The notes: generated from the letters alone by a model not told the origin. A stretch of DNA of 63,357 nucleotides, filler included, from Choristocarpus tenellus KU-1152 (GCA_964200185.2; 11 parts of 11 records of this genome joined end to end with filler, not necessarily neighbours in it); one strand, 5' to 3'. Counted from the whole stretch's first letter, positions 25,151 through 39,334 are shown. Numbers and translations are program-made.

Positions 25151-26158
25151 CTTGCGCAATTGAATAGGCCACGCTCTGTCTTGCAATAAACGCAACAACT
25201 GGCTCTGTAGATCTTTTAGGGGTTTTTGTGAGGCCTGGCAAATTCCAAGGGACCAGGATGCTGACATGGACTGGTTCCAATAATTTCCAACATGTCCAGA
25301 CCAGGCGTATCAAGTATTGGAACCTGTCCAGCCCATGGTCTGAACACGTTAAAATATTCTTTGGCATGTCAATTATGAATGGAAAACAAGACTAGAAATA
25401 GGTAGCCCAAATAGATGTGGGTTCATCATATCCATTTCTGACAAGTCGAATACCCACTACCACCAGAGAGATTGTATCCTGACCAGGTCAGATTTAATAT
25501 ATAATACAGTTCATATACATTATTTTCACATTGCTCTAAGGGTTCCAGATTGATGATCAAAAGGTAGTCAAAGAAGGCAACACAGTATGATAGAGCGAGG
25601 GATGATCGTTCTCTTTATTATCGACAATGATTTCCATGTCATACAAGGCAATGAAGAAGTCCAATTGAAGAGAGTTAAGACTCCCAACGCTACCTTGGGT
25701 AAAAAGTACTGGACAACAACACGACAGGAGTACAAACCTTGATGCAGATCTTGCCCTCTCAAAGCCAAGTAGCTGCCCTGTGAAGATATCCACCAACTTG
25801 ACGCAGTTCACCATCTTGTTCCCTTGTAGTAGTCGTGGCGGTTTCGGTTTGGGCCTACCCTGCAGCAGCAGGGGCGTTTTGTTTGATGAAGATTATTGTA
25901 GATAGCGGTCAGCTTGAACCTCTGCAAGGGCACATCCAGGAGGAGGCCCTTTGGCAGGTAGGGAGTGGTGACCATCCGGGTTGGGACAGTGTCCCGGCAC
26001 AGAATCTGTGGTGGTAGAAACTGCGTCAAGCCCCTAAAGGGAGTAACCGACTGTCTCCGTCTGTAGCATCATGTATGTCGTGGATGCATTACCGACTACT
26101 TGCTAGTATCTGTTATTGATCATTGAGAATGTACACAGGAAGTAGATGTACGTAAGTT

Positions 26159-26190
<32 letters not shown>

Positions 26191-26866
26191 CATTATGATG
26201 CATTGTGCTTCTTCTGAGGGAACATGCACATTACATTATACTACCCAAATGGCAACGTTTATCGTGTCTGGTGGTTAAGCGTTGAATTTTGATGTTCCTA
26301 GTAGTGCGGTAAGATAATAGTATAAGTCTCAACTTCTCGTTTGTTCTGTGGCGTACTACCAAAACGCCTCTCCTGTTAGAGTACAGATTCTGTTGTTGCT
26401 GATATCTTTGCTGTATTCTTCAACTTTGTTCCTCTTTGTTCTATCCATAACGACACTTGCAAAATGTCCGTGGACAGAGTATTATACTCCACAGTATATA
26501 ATAAACCTGCACTACTAAAAAAATTATACCATACATGTTTGTTACACGCTGTACCTGATTTTTGTTCTTCTTAAGACAGTTTTGTTGTCTGTTGATTCCT
26601 ATCTTTAGGTTTCTTCCCTTTCCCACTGAACTCCTAAAAAAAATTCAGCGGGTATAGTACAAGGCACATAGAGTAGTACTTTGCGGAGCATATGCTAACA
26701 AGCACATTAGAATATCATGTAGTTGAAGTACTATATAGTCGCCATGACCAATCGGTATGATTCGAGCCCTGTGGCACAAGTATCGTCTTACTGGCTGATG
26801 ATGAGATGAAAAAATGTCTAATAGACCTCCAACAAAAGGTGGCTCGGTAGGTATGAACAAGAGTTG

Positions 26867-27042
26867 GGCTCAAAATATCTGGGGGTGGCGGCTGTCCATT
26901 TGGGACCCATTTTCCATGTTGCAATTTTTGGGGTTAATTTGGTTGCATGTGTCGGATGAATAGTGTAAGAGCAATTTTCCTGATCAGGGCCCAAATGGAC
27001 ACCCTGGTGTAGACCCTCCCCCCACCCCAGATACTTTGAGCT
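26867..27042 (+). mobile_element. MITE family B, full copy
   Basis: GGCTCAAAATATCTGGGG ... CCCCAGATACTTTGAGCT; TSD GTTG. Confidence 0.92.
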
Positions 27043-27237
27043 GTTGGTCGGTTCCCAAGATATTGCTTCAATAAGGCTTGGTCAACCATATACGTTCGTT
27101 ACGCCTCGGACTGAGTCAAACCATTCGGTATACTTCGTAGAAGTATAGTATAAGTAGGTGGGAGAGTAGCCCTCATTGTCAAGGATGGGAGAAATGCAAT
27201 GTGTGGCGAGGGGTGAGAGGCAATCCAGCAATATACT

Positions 27238-27307
27238 GGCTCAAAGTATCTGGGGGGGGGGGGGCGGCTTTCCATTTTGGGCCAATTTTTTCATGTCGCG
27301 GTTTTTG
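27238..27307 (+). mobile_element. MITE family B, truncated at contig end
   Basis: Left TIR and subterminal block running into the linker. Confidence 0.85.
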
Positions 27308-27407
27308 NNNNNNNNNNNNNNNNNNNNNNNNNNNNNNNNNNNNNNNNNNNNTTAATTAATTAANNNNNNNNNNNNNNNNNNNNNNNNNNNNNNNNNNNNN
27401 NNNNNNN

Positions 27408-27556
27408 TTGTTCATTGTTTGTTCATTGTTTGTTCATTGTTTATTCATTGTTTGTTCATTGTTTATTCGTTGTTTGTTCATTGTTTATTCATTGTTTGTT
27501 CATTGTTTGTTCATTGTTTATTCATTGTTTGTTCATTGTTTGTTCATTGTTTATTC
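27408..27556 (+). repeat. 12-bp tandem repeat (TT(G/A)TTCATTGTT)n
   Basis: About 12 units. It explains the repetitive ORFs at 27408-27647. Confidence 0.95.
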
Positions 27557-29199
27557 GTCCGTCCTTCTGTCAAACTTTGTCGGTTATAACCTCTCCTGCA
27601 TCGAGATATCATTTTTTTTAATATGTGCACAGAATACTACGTGGTAGATTTCTCAAATGCTAGTGTGCTAGTGCCGAGGTGGACGACTTTGTGAAGTGAT
27701 TTTGCTTTAGAGTGAATGGAACCCTTCAGTGGTATCTCTGAGTAGCATGGTGTAAAAGTGTGCAGATTGCTCCCGTGCAATTGATGGTGTGAAATCAACC
27801 ATATCTACCTAGGAGTCACTGCCAGCCAGCCGGAACATTGGTTGCATTGGGGGATCCATAGTTTCCCACGTGTATGTAACACATGTGCAAGGAACCCAAA
27901 CAGAACTTCAAACTTTCCCAAGAAGCTTCTTTAGTTTAAGAAAATTCTTTGACACAATTGTTCACTTTTGGTTTTGCTTTGCTGCAAGAATAGACTGGCG
28001 CTAAAGTGAGCTGGTGGAATGTGAAAGAAACCAAAAACTGTATTATCGGTGCAGTTTATGCTTTCAGTTTAGTTTAATCATTTAACCTTTAATTTTTATT
28101 TGTGGATTCTCCCATATTCCTATGTATTGGCAACCTGTGCAATATATTTTATGCCCTGTTCCTGATACCGCCCTCTCTCCCTTGCCCTCTCTATCTCATC
28201 CTCGTTGTGCTGGTGTTGCAGGTGTACAGAGGCGGAGGTGTAGCATAGAAGGATAGCTATTATTGTAGGTTCTTGGAAATTGATTGAGAGCTTGGCCAAG
28301 TATTGATGCCAGACTGGTTCTCGCTAATTTATTATTCTTTAACTGAACAATCCTGAGTGATTTTTTCACTGCAGATGCCATAAGTGGCCAGGATCATTAC
28401 GTTGTTGTGAACAGCATGTCTTGCCATCACCTCAGAAAGCTACTTGAAAGGAAACTTGCAGAGGTCCTTTGGGTAGGGTCTTGGATTCTGTTGTATTTGT
28501 TGGGATCAAATTGTTCAGAACACCTTTCGAATGTACATGTGTATTTGATCACTTTGGGCACAGATTTACTAGAGATGTGAGTAGGTATTGATATATGTGG
28601 AGTGGTGGGGATATGTATAGCTATCGTCAAACACAGCCCTTGTTAAGATGAGCCTAGCAAGAAAGGATTATTAAAGTTTCCCTTGTTTGTATTGAGCATA
28701 GAGTTATCCAACTCCAGGTTAGATAGTGGGTCTTGTTTAGCATATTTTTTCCCTCTAACTCCCAGGCTATCCAACTGCTGCATCCAATGTATCAACGAAC
28801 ATATAGTCCAACTTAACAGTATTCTATAATATATTATCCTTACCTATTTTCCACGCGTGATGTTCCAAACCAATGGTTCGACTAGAAAGGTTTTCATAGT
28901 ACACCGTGTATCAAGTCATGGCAGAACAGTCTCAATCCTTCTCTGTCGTATACTCATTGGATTGCACAAGTAATCAAGCATTAAGGTTGGCATTCCTTCC
29001 CTTCCACCTGTGCTCCAACCAACTCTTGTTAAGCATTATTGAGGGAATGTCTGACTCAGAATGTGATTTGTTTATATGCTTGTCTGAAGAGTTCCTGGCC
29101 TGTGATGCTTCTATTGCAATTTTGAAATTCCCTGTTTGACACTTTCAAGGTCAAACTTATGTGCAGACCCCACAACTCACATGTACGTTTGTAGCTAGT

Positions 29200-29960
29200 T
29201 CATCAAATTTCCCACAGACAGCCACAGATCCCTACTGGCACACCTCGCTCCTTCTACTCAGGCACAGTCCCCCCCTGTGCCATTCCTTTGGCGCAGCTGG
29301 AGCCCCTTGTCTCCTCTACCTAGCGAAGCTTCTTCCTTCTTCCTCAGCCACAAACCACACATCCCGCCCCTTTGCCTTTTCCTCTGCTGCTGGTCAAGCA
29401 ATGTGACTGCTTAGTGGCAAATGTTCTCCATGTCTTTTTCCCCCAGCACAGCACCCACGGGCTTTCCCAGACACACAAACCCCATTGCTCCTTTCCTCCT
29501 AGGGCTGCTGGAACACATTGGGATTAGCAGGTGGAGATTTCTCTCCTCTTTGCCCCGCAGTGCCCCCCCCCTCCCTCTTTACCCACTCACATCATTACAC
29601 CATACAGTACCCCATCCTGGACATCATAAGAAGTTGAAAGTGGCGCATTATGTTTGTTGCAAGTGAGACACAGGAGTACTTCACAGGATTAATTCTCCAC
29701 AGCATTGCCTAACATTTTTGTCTAGGCGCATGTAATTCTCATGATAGATGTAATTCTTCTAATTGACAGTAACGGCTGAAGTATAACAGGAGGTTCAGAG
29801 ACAATGGACACAAGAGATGTGGAGGAATGCCATGTACGCCATACTGCACAAATACATCTTGCTGTACATATTCATGTCTGTTGGTGCAGCCGACCAGATG
29901 CCTCGTATGGTCCCCCAATGTGGCCTCCAGCACGTAGCGAAAATGGGCAAGTGCGTGCAA
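29200..29960 (-). mobile_element. Second copy of the decayed element at 18990-19800
   Basis: Shared blocks CCCAGCA..CCTTT.CCTCCT..GCTGGA.CACA.TGG..GGTGGAG..TCCTCTTT..CCCCAT.CTGG..CATTATGT..TTGCAA.TGAGACA.AGGA; LLCLTCNKH motif. Confidence 0.5.
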
Positions 29961-30070
29961 CTTCGAGTGTCGTCATCCATGCTGTGTTCATTTCTTGTGC
30001 ATGAATGGGTGAACATTGTACACAATGGCGCGTTTTAGGCATCATAAATGTGTGTAGAGATTGTGTTGTT

Positions 30071-30249
30071 GGCTCAAAGTATCTGGGAGGGGGGGTGGCG
30101 GTGGTTCATTTGGGGTCCTTTTTTCATGTCGTGTCTTTTGGGTGATTTGGTTGCGTACGACGTATGAAAAATGTAAGTGTACTTTTCCTGGTTATGACCC
30201 AAATGGACACCCTGGTGTAGACCCTTTCTCCCCCTATATACTTTGAGCC
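30071..30249 (+). mobile_element. MITE family B, full copy
   Basis: Both TIRs; imperfect TSD TGTT/TATT. Confidence 0.9.
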
Positions 30250-31861
30250 TATTGCAACAACATATGCATAAAGTGGACGAAAATTTCTTTGCGTCAAGTT
30301 ATCAATGAAGTAGTACGTAGTACTCATTGTTTCAAGTACTATTGATTGCAATGGAATAAGAGGAGGGACTTCCCTCGGCAGGCGACAAGCAACTGTTCTT
30401 TTTTTTGTTTTGTAGGTGCTGTAAACTCCTCAATTTGCTACATCAATCATACATCATCAAATTAGCTGGTCTACTGCTTCATCTTGCAAAGTGGAAGTCA
30501 TCTTCCAGAATTGGTTCCAGTGGTTGATGGCAAGTAGCCTAAGAGCGAGTGGCCTCCAAGTGCTATTAGTAGTGCTAGTGAGTGTGGGTGGGAGGGGAAG
30601 TAAGTTCACGAGAAGTGAGATGTTATTTTAGCCTAGAATGGTATCCTTGCGCAAAGTCAGTATGGTATGTTGAAACCGTTCTTTGCTCATTATGGTGTAT
30701 CTCCGTTTTTCATTAATTCCTCCATAATTCATTATGACTCTACAATGTTGTTCTCCGCTTCAGATAATGTTCCACCCAGCACTCAAAGGAGGTGAGCAAG
30801 GAACGGCTCAGCAAGGTCAGGATCGGGTACTCTTCCGCTTGACCATGGCTGAGACCTATACTCATAAAAAGTAAGAGGAATTGTAAGGGGTGGTATAATG
30901 ATTTGGAGTTAATTTGGCGACACAGTACGTCCTAGTTCACTTTCGGGCTACATGTCACACATGCCCCGTGTCTTGAACTGCGATGAGTATGCATATGGCT
31001 TCATCTTCTCCTGCAATGGGTTCATCATAGCAGTGCATCCAGAAAGCTCCGGACGTGTCCCCATATGGAATTGGTGTGGCGAAAGAAGGCTGAAACACTA
31101 CTGCTAGTTGCAACCGTTCGGCATGATGAGGTCAAGCTAGCTCCTGCAACTATTACCGAGGCAAGCAGTACTTCATTCCTAACAGAGGAAGTACATGTTT
31201 GCTTTGTTGGTACCTATGTGTACCCAGGGGTCCAAAGGGTAGAGCCACCAGGCTTGTTCTGTCTCCTGAAGTAGATTGTGTCATTCCATTGACAGATCTG
31301 CAATGTGAAGGGCAGCAACATAGACACCTTCATCTTAAGGGAAGGATGATGACGATGAGGCCTTGCATACGTGGATCCATGTAGGTGACCCTTTTGCCGC
31401 CTTGGAACGACTGCAGAAGGATGGCAACGCAGCCCTCGGCATTTCCGTCACATTGAGATCCATTTCCACTGTAACTGAAAAGATGTTTGGGAATCTGATA
31501 AACCTCCTACCAAAACCTAGTGTGACTGGTATAGCCATTTGAGGTGATGGCCAGCATTGTTGCAGGGGGCTCCTTCTGAGTTTACACCGGCGTCTGGAAA
31601 CTCATTGGGCAGCCTGTACTGTGAAGTAGGAAAGATATCACTTTCATCTAGACTGGAGATGTGCGCACCAATATGGAAGTCATTGGCCTGAAATTATTTC
31701 CCCTCAACCAGGTAGTTGCCACATTGCGCTAGGAACAATGGGAGTCAGAGTGCTGATAAACAACAGTCGTCGAGGGCAGTGATAGAGTAACCTAAGCCAA
31801 ATATCCTGGAGGGATGCTTGTCAGCCCCGTGTGTGGCAGTGTGCAAGCAAGGGCAAATACC

Positions 31862-32040
31862 GACCCAAAGTATCTTGGCGGGGCTGGGGTTGTCCTTTTG
31901 GGGTCCATTTTTCCCTGTCGCGATTTTTGGGTGAATTTGGTTAAATGCGTCGGATGGATAAAGCAAATGTACTTCTCCTGGATAGGGCCCAAATGAACAC
32001 CCTGGTCAAGATCCCCCCCGCCCCACAGATACTCTGAGCC
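31862..32040 (+). mobile_element. MITE family B, full copy
   Basis: Both TIRs; 3-bp TSD ACC. Confidence 0.9.
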
Positions 32041-32656
32041 ACCTCCAAAATCTTCCTGCATGCATAATTCTGAAATAGTAAAGGGGATCATGCAGTCCAC
32101 TGCTGTGAAATGTAGGGCATGATAGCAACACTACCAGCTGCCTATCTAGCCAGGTACATTGATTTCGTTTGGGGGAACCAAGATATTAAAGGAGTGATAT
32201 GTGTTGCTAGACGTCAAGTGGTGGATATTGTATTGTCATATTTCCCCCTTCCCTTCTCTGTTGTTCAGAAATGAAAGCAAAACTCAAAATGAGTAGCTCA
32301 CATAGTATATGTTGGTTGTTCAATTTTATAGTATTACGAAATGGAGACTAACACAAGACCAGAGACCAACAGGAGACTCCTCAATTTCTACCTTATTCGT
32401 TCAATCCTTCACCTACCCGAGTAAGGTTGTCACTGTGAATAAGTGGGTATAACCCTCCCTGTTCTGGAAGCCATAGGTAAGAATGGGGTGAGCGGATGAG
32501 AAAGATCGATATTGAAGAGTCAGTATTGTAGGTTGAATGAGATCCGTTGATGTTGAGTTCAACGGTGACTATTGAATATACTTAGTATGATGACTGTATT
32601 TTGAAACAAAGTCTTTGGTCAATAGTTTTTAGGGTCAAATAATACATTTTGGTATT

Positions 32657-32839
32657 GGCTCAAAGTATCTGGGGAGGGTGGCGGGTGTCCATTCGGGGCA
32701 CATTTTTCCATGTCGCGATTTTTGTGTGATTTGGTTGCACGTGTCGAATGGATAATGCATGTACACTTCTCCTGGTCAGGTCCCCAGTGGACACCCTCGT
32801 GTAGACCCCCCAACCCCCCCCCTTCAGATACTTCTAGCC
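32657..32839 (+). mobile_element. MITE family B, full copy
   Basis: Both TIRs; imperfect TSD ATT/ACT. Confidence 0.9.
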
Positions 32840-32956
32840 ACTACGCAGGTTGAGACTTTGGTTGGATGATTTGATTGAGCGAAGATGTCGTGTTGTCGAA
32901 TTTGCAGATGTGGTAGCCAAACTTGTACGTGTTGTTGACAGAGGGTTATTGATGAA

Positions 32957-33214
32957 GAGTGAAAGTATCATAGAGGGTACGAGTTTAGCCCTGTTTGTCC
33001 GTTTGGGGTTTGGCTTCGCATGGGTATTTTAATGACATTTTTCTACTCCAAAATATTTCGGAGTAAGCAAAATGTGTACGTTATGAAAAGGTGTGTCCAA
33101 ACGAGGATACTGACACTTCCTAACAAACACGATAGCCAAAATTACACCAAAATCGCAACATTGGATCTTGGACCCCAAATGGACGCGAGTATCCCCTCAA
33201 AGATATTTTTGCTC
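32957..33214 (+). mobile_element. MITE family A, full copy
   Basis: Both TIRs; imperfect TSD TGAA/CGAA. Confidence 0.9.
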
Positions 33215-33899
33215 CGAACTCGAAAACCTTCTGCAGTTCTAGAGTTCACAGGTTGATTGTAAGTAGTGATAAAATTGCATTACTCTAGAAGAAGCCCGAC
33301 GTGATATACACACACAAGAATAATCGGATCACCTTCTTGTATAAATTGAGGACATATCCGTCCTTAGATAAGCTGTTACCAAGAAGGGGGAAGGGAAGAT
33401 GCAAGCATGAAGCAAGCATGAAGCAAGCACACTTTCTAATCAACCAAAACGGTTTGTTCAGGTCGAGCAGAAGTGAGATTTCTTAAGCATGGGATATGTT
33501 TTCATTAAAAAATCTGTCTCTAGAGATTGGAAGAGATTGTGCAGTTTGACGCTGTGTGGTTTAGGATGCAACAATGACGCAACCCATGTACCTACACAAC
33601 TACCTATCTGCAGGGTCCCTATAGTCGCACGCCTAGAAGGCACAAAATGGGTTTGGTACATAATATTTGGTATAAAATCGGTGTGGGTACTGTACCCAAT
33701 AATATATATTCCAATAGTCCTTGTGTCATATCGATCCTAAACATAATTTCCTTGTACTGAGTGACTTCATTAATAGGTTTATAGTTCTTGGTTTAAACAC
33801 CTATGTGTCTCGTCACACGTTTTCATGGAGTGAACTGTTCTATGTAGAGTGATCATTTACTGAGGTACATCCACTTCCTGGTAGAAGCAGCACACATCA

Positions 33900-34450
33900 T
33901 CAGTATATATGGTGACATGAACAATCAATGCTGGATTTGTATTAAGCATGGTAAGGCCTTCATTCTGCAGTGAGAATGTTTGCCCATGTAGACCCAGATG
34001 AAGGTATTCAAAAAAATGCCATTGGCGTAATACAACTGACGTTCAAAGTCGACCCTTTTGCCTAACCTTCCTTTTGTTCGAACAGGACAATACATAGTCA
34101 TCCTCTCCTAACTTTGCTTTGAATGTACATCTGACAACATTCCATGCTTCCTCATCTGAGTCAACTGGAGGGAAGCTTCGACCTTCTTGAATGATTTCTG
34201 CACGGAACGAACAGCAACATCGTTCTGATCACCGACATCAATAAGCAGATCGATGGACAGAAACGATTGGGCAGATGACAACCAGTTCCCACCCACGTCC
34301 TATATATTATTAGGTCAAACATTCCGTTCAAGCCAGGAGACATGCAAGCATATAGGTTTAGAATGGGTACTACTACGTAGTACAAATATTTGGACCTTGT
34401 CGCCAGTCGTGTCCTCATCCCCCGTGCCACCACCTCAATAGTACCTTCAG
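33900..34450 (-). mobile_element. Possible Ty3/gypsy integrase remnant
   Basis: Fragments VGGNW..., GMLSDV and DYVLSC are reminiscent of the HHCC zinc-finger region. Heavily decayed. Confidence 0.3.
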
Positions 34451-34664
34451 TTGCAGAGTCTGTTGTATATCTCATAGAGAAGATACCAGTCCAGTGCCTA
34501 CTTCAAACTCTTCACTGTTGTCAACTTGGTAGGAAATCAATAGTGTGGTCCACAGAATCTCATACCTTCTGGACAGACAAAGCGGGAACCAGTTCAAACT
34601 TGTGAAGGATGGAGCTTGTGCTGGAATTCTCACCCTCTTCTTGTCGAAATCCTGGATTCAACTG

Positions 34665-34844
34665 GGCTCAAAGTTCTTGAGGGGGGGAGGGGGTCTACAT
34701 CAGGGTGTCCATTTGAGCCCTGACCAGGAAACGTGCACCTAAATTATCAATCCAACAAATGCAACCAAATAACCCAAATATTGCGATATGGAAAATAGTT
34801 CCCAAATGGACAGCCTCCACTACCCCCCCCAGATACTTTGAGCT
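34665..34844 (-). mobile_element. MITE family B, full copy
   Basis: Both TIRs; TSD ACTG. Confidence 0.92.
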
Positions 34845-34929
34845 ACTGCATATGTTCTGGGATACCTTGTGCAAAGTTCGTTTTGTTTGTCGGAATTGCT
34901 GGTGTTATACTTACGTTTTGTATGCTGAT

Positions 34930-35010
34930 GGGTCAAAGTATCTCGGGGGGGGGGGGGGGTTTGTGAGGGCGCGTCCGTTTCGGTCAAACAACTCTTTTTT
35001 TTGCTAAAAT
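34930..35010 (+). mobile_element. MITE family C, truncated at contig end
   Basis: Near-identical to 20546-20617. Confidence 0.75.
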
Positions 35011-36464
35011 NNNNNNNNNNNNNNNNNNNNNNNNNNNNNNNNNNNNNNNNNNNNTTAATTAATTAANNNNNNNNNNNNNNNNNNNNNNNNNNNNNNNNNN
35101 NNNNNNNNNNCGCTAATAAATAAATCCATACAACTTAAAGCAAAGACTCTATTGGAAGAGTTCTCTTTTGCATAGGAACAACACGGCGAAAGTATGAATC
35201 GATCTGTTCGACAAGTAACTTCGCAATATATAAAACCGGAGAACCCTGTGACAATGTACAGTATGAAACTGTCCAACATCGGTAAGATCTGTGAGGGTCT
35301 AGGCGATGTGATTGGTATAGGGAACGATGTTTGATGTTAATGTATGGCGATGTTGTACAATGATGTGATTGCTTGCCTGCGTGTTCGCCACTGGTGTTCA
35401 GGGTAACGCCTTCAGAGTATTTGACGATGTCCAGATATTTCGTACCCTCCTCCACATCCTCCCTCAAGACGAGGTCCCTTTTCACCTGTGGGTTTTATGG
35501 GGTTACATTAATGTGCGCGATCAGGGCGTTTATTGTGAGGTGACTTGCTTCGAACCCAAATACGGTGGACAGATGAGATGATGAACCTCACACTCTTTTG
35601 AGTATCTCTTCGCTCAGGATGTATTTTTTCTTTGGAGGAGCCTCTTCTGAACACCATGCTCAGGAGTCATCGCCGTAGGGGTCGATCTTGAGCCCCTCTT
35701 TCCTCTTGAGGTCTTTCATGACCTGCATGGCGGCCTCCAGGACAGCCCTCTTGATGAGGACATTCTTGGTGTGCAGTCTTCTTAAGTATGCCAATTGGAT
35801 CTTCCACGGCTGCGATGCCCACTCCTCCTCGGCCTGGGTGGCATACGCAGGGTCTGGATCGCCGTCCCCTGATCTGTTCTTCTTCCCCTTTCCTCGCGTC
35901 CTCTTCTTTCCTTTGTCCTGGTTGGCGGGGGGTCGTTTGTTGCGGACGCCCCTTAGAGTGTGGGACAACTGTCATGGAGGAGTGCATGGGTAGTGGAATG
36001 GAAAGTCACATGCATGACATGGGTGTCTGCCTTGTAAGGCACGATCTTGATGGTAAATATTGGGGCTGTTGCAGGGTCAGCAGGGGAGTATTTGCAGATA
36101 CATCCATACGTTGGTTGAATCGTCACGGTCAAAGATTGATTACCCATTCCTCTGGAATTGTCTCCATCCCAACAACATACGTCAATGAGAGCGCGTCAGT
36201 AGCCAATTTTTCGGCTGCCTGCTCTAAGAAGACGTGCGCAGCCACTTCGACAATGTTGTGCCAGTGATGGCCATGGGGGCTCTCCCCTCTGATAGTTCGG
36301 CTCCAGCGAGGACATCAGTGCACATTCTTGCGAAGTGTTTCTCCTTGACCTCGTCTGTAAGCTACATGAACATCAAATGTGCGATGGTGTATCATTAGGA
36401 ACCCGGAAAGAATGAGCTTTGAGGATGTCAAGGATTTAGGGTTAACAGTGAATCGATCAGAGAA

Positions 36465-36725
36465 GAGTCAAAGTATCTTAGAGGGTAGAGCCGCGTCCGT
36501 TTGGGGACCAAACTCCAATGTTGCGATTTTGATCTAAATTTGGCTATTATATTTTTTGTGAAGTGTCAATATCCTTGTTTCAAATACACCTTTTCATAAC
36601 GTATCATCATTTTACCTACTCCAAAACATTTCGGAGTAGGAAAATGTCATAAAAAAACCCGTGGGAAGCCAAGCCCCAAATGGACAAATAGGGAAAAATT
36701 CGCACCCTCTAAGATACCTTCACTC
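36465..36725 (-). mobile_element. MITE family A, full copy
   Basis: Both TIRs; TSD AGAA. Confidence 0.93.
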
Positions 36726-37127
36726 AGAAGGTTTACCAGGTGATGTGCGTAGCGCAGCAGAACCCTCTTGGACTTAGGGTTCTTTGGATACTCATGGCCT
36801 TTACCGTTTGATATAACACATCAAATTCCTTCATTACTGTTTGCCCTATGTCAAGTGTGGCGTCGTGTGGGGACAACTTAGTTGGGAATGGTTAACCCAC
36901 CTTCAACCTGTAGGTGTGTGTGAACCCCCTGCTGTTCTTGAGGGATTCGATGGCGGCGTCCGGGTTAGCGTACCACAGCACAATGAACATGTGAACCGCT
37001 CTAAAGTCGAATTTGTCCTAGTCGGGTGCGCATTGGGTGTGTGGAGGATAAGGTCACATGATCAGAGCAGAAGAGCGTGGGAATGGGAGTGAGTCTGTTG
37101 GTTAATGGCGTATGTCATATGGCCGAT

Positions 37128-37386
37128 GATTGAAAGTATCTTAGAGGGTATGAGTTTTGCCCTGTTTGTCCATTTGGAGCTTGACTTCCCTTGGAGTTTT
37201 TTTTTACATTTTCCTAGTCCAAAATATTTCGGATTAGGTAAAATGTGTATGTTATGAAAAGGTATGTCCGGAACAACGATATTGACACTTCCGAACAATC
37301 ACAGCAGTCAAAATTATATCAAAATCACAACATTGGATTTTCCCGCCCAAATGGACAAGGGTCTACCCTCTAAGATGCTTTGGCTC
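37128..37386 (+). mobile_element. MITE family A, full copy
   Basis: Both TIRs; TSD CGAT. Confidence 0.93.
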
Positions 37387-37600
37387 CGATAGCGATACAC
37401 ATGTATAAAACGTCAATTCAAGCTCAGTACGCGAAGGCAGGGGTTACTACGGTGTTGTTGGACCGTTAGTGATGGGGTATTGGATGTACAAATGTGGGGA
37501 TCGCTGCACCGTGCTTGCACTCGACCCGTCGCGCTTCTTGTGCTCTCTCTACACAACGAGAAGGATCTCTACCAGTTCTTTTGTCTCTGGTGGAATATAG

Positions 37601-37857
37601 GAACCAAAGTATCTCAGAGGGTAGAGCCGTGTCCATTTGGGAGCCAAAATGCAGTGTTGCGATTTTGATGTAATTTTGGTTATCGTGTTTATTTGGAAGT
37701 ATCAATATCGTTGTTCCGGACACACCTTTCGTAACATATACATATTACCTACTCCAAAACATTTTGGAGTAGGAAAATGTCATTAAAAAAACATGGGAAG
37801 CCAAGCCCCAAATGGACAAACAGGGCAAATCTTGTACTCTCTAAGATACTTTCACTC
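37601..37857 (-). mobile_element. MITE family A, full copy
   Basis: Both TIRs; TSD ATAG. Confidence 0.93.
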
Positions 37858-39334
37858 ATAGTGAGGGGAAGAAAGGGATCGGGTTAGTTGGATCACCGAC
37901 GCAAGATTAATATGGATATGGGCGACGAAAGATAGGCGATGCTTTACAACCGTTTCACGAATCGTTTCCTGGGGAAGGAGCCGTGAGAACCTCACCTCCT
38001 CCTGCGCATATATTCACAAGGGTGGCGATCGCATTGTAGAACTGGACGGAGGTTTGGTTGCCGAGTCTACTCATCTCGGCTTCCATGTGTGTGTCCTCCC
38101 ACGCTTCTTTGAGGAATGCCTCTATCCTGGCAGCAACTCTCCTCTAAATAGCTGTCTGTAACGCGGCGTCGGCACTCTGGAAGTCCATGTCTCCCAGACA
38201 GTATTGGTTGCATCTGGTGACCAATGTCGTCATGCGCGTGCGACGATCAGAGTCCTCTTCCGTTTCCTGGACGTAGGGGTGGGACCTGTCGCAACTGAAG
38301 TCGCGCCTATTCTCCAGGATAGCGGCAACCCTAGGCACCATCCAATGGAATATGTCGAGAATGTTGGCCACATGCGACCTACTGGCCGCCACACTCTCTC
38401 CTATCGAAATGGATTCAGCCTTTTCGCGACTGCAGTGTGGATAGATCTTCCACATGAACCTCCTGTGATCGCCGATCTGGAGGTTTGCTCTGATCTCCGA
38501 GGCCCATCACGTTGTGACGTGGGCCGGGAGTTTGATGCCACATGGGGCACTGTCTTCTTTCGCCACGCATTCGATTACCCTCAGAAGCATTGTGCGGTGT
38601 TGTCCATTCAGACAAAATAAAGAGGTTATCATCGTCGTCTTTATCCCTATTGTCGCCATCCTTATTTACGTCCAGGTTGCCGTTGGTGATGTAGTGTGTG
38701 AGCAGGTTGCCATCAGGAACATCAGAGAGCATCTTTGCCCTGCGCATGTCAGCCTTGAAACTACTGGTGGTTTTCCATCTCGAGCACAAAGAGAAATGAT
38801 ATCCACTCAGGATCCCCACGAGCTTTGAGAACATTGACTCTACTCTATCCTTGTCAAGGAGGTTGGCATTGTACGTCTGGGACAAGAAGGCAGATGTGGC
38901 CAGGTCCATCGTACGTGTCGCGCTGAGATTTGATGTGATCAACTCTTTCATCTTTTTGTCTTCAGGATTCCTTGGGCCTCCAGCCGACTGCCTGTGAAGG
39001 TAGGGGGAAATATTTTACGGCAACAGTATCAGCAAACAAGAAGGATATCGATGCAGGGTTGGGTGCTATTGTTAGGTGATCACACCAAGGGTATTTTTTA
39101 TAAACAGTGATAGACTGATCAATGATGACGGGACTGATAGGAAGTGCGAGGTTCATGTCCATGCGTGGGCTATGCAAACGTGATATGAAAAGGGTGTAGC
39201 GCTGCTATGGTCATGAGGACGGTGTAACACTTTCCGTGGAGGCTGCTATTTGCGAACATGTATATAATGGTAAACCCCGCCGACATGGGATGAATATTGA
39301 ATACGAGAACTCACCAATACCGTACGCAGACGAG

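Larger units (their letters stand above)
35300..39220 (-). pseudogene. Decayed multi-segment gene with a ParB/Srx-like NGQHR motif, interrupted by three MITE A copies
   Basis: Successive minus-strand frames 39177-38962, 38951-38620, 38617-38000, ~36360-36130 and 35968-35660 read as one protein with frameshifts and stops: NANLLDKDRVESMFSKLVG ... FCLNGQHRTMLLRVI (NGQHR at 38608-38594) ... WKIYPHCSREKAESISIGES. Confidence 0.55.

Noticed and set aside
27408-27647. Hydrophobic repeat protein (FIVCSLFVHCL)
   Set aside because: It is the translation of a 12-bp microsatellite.
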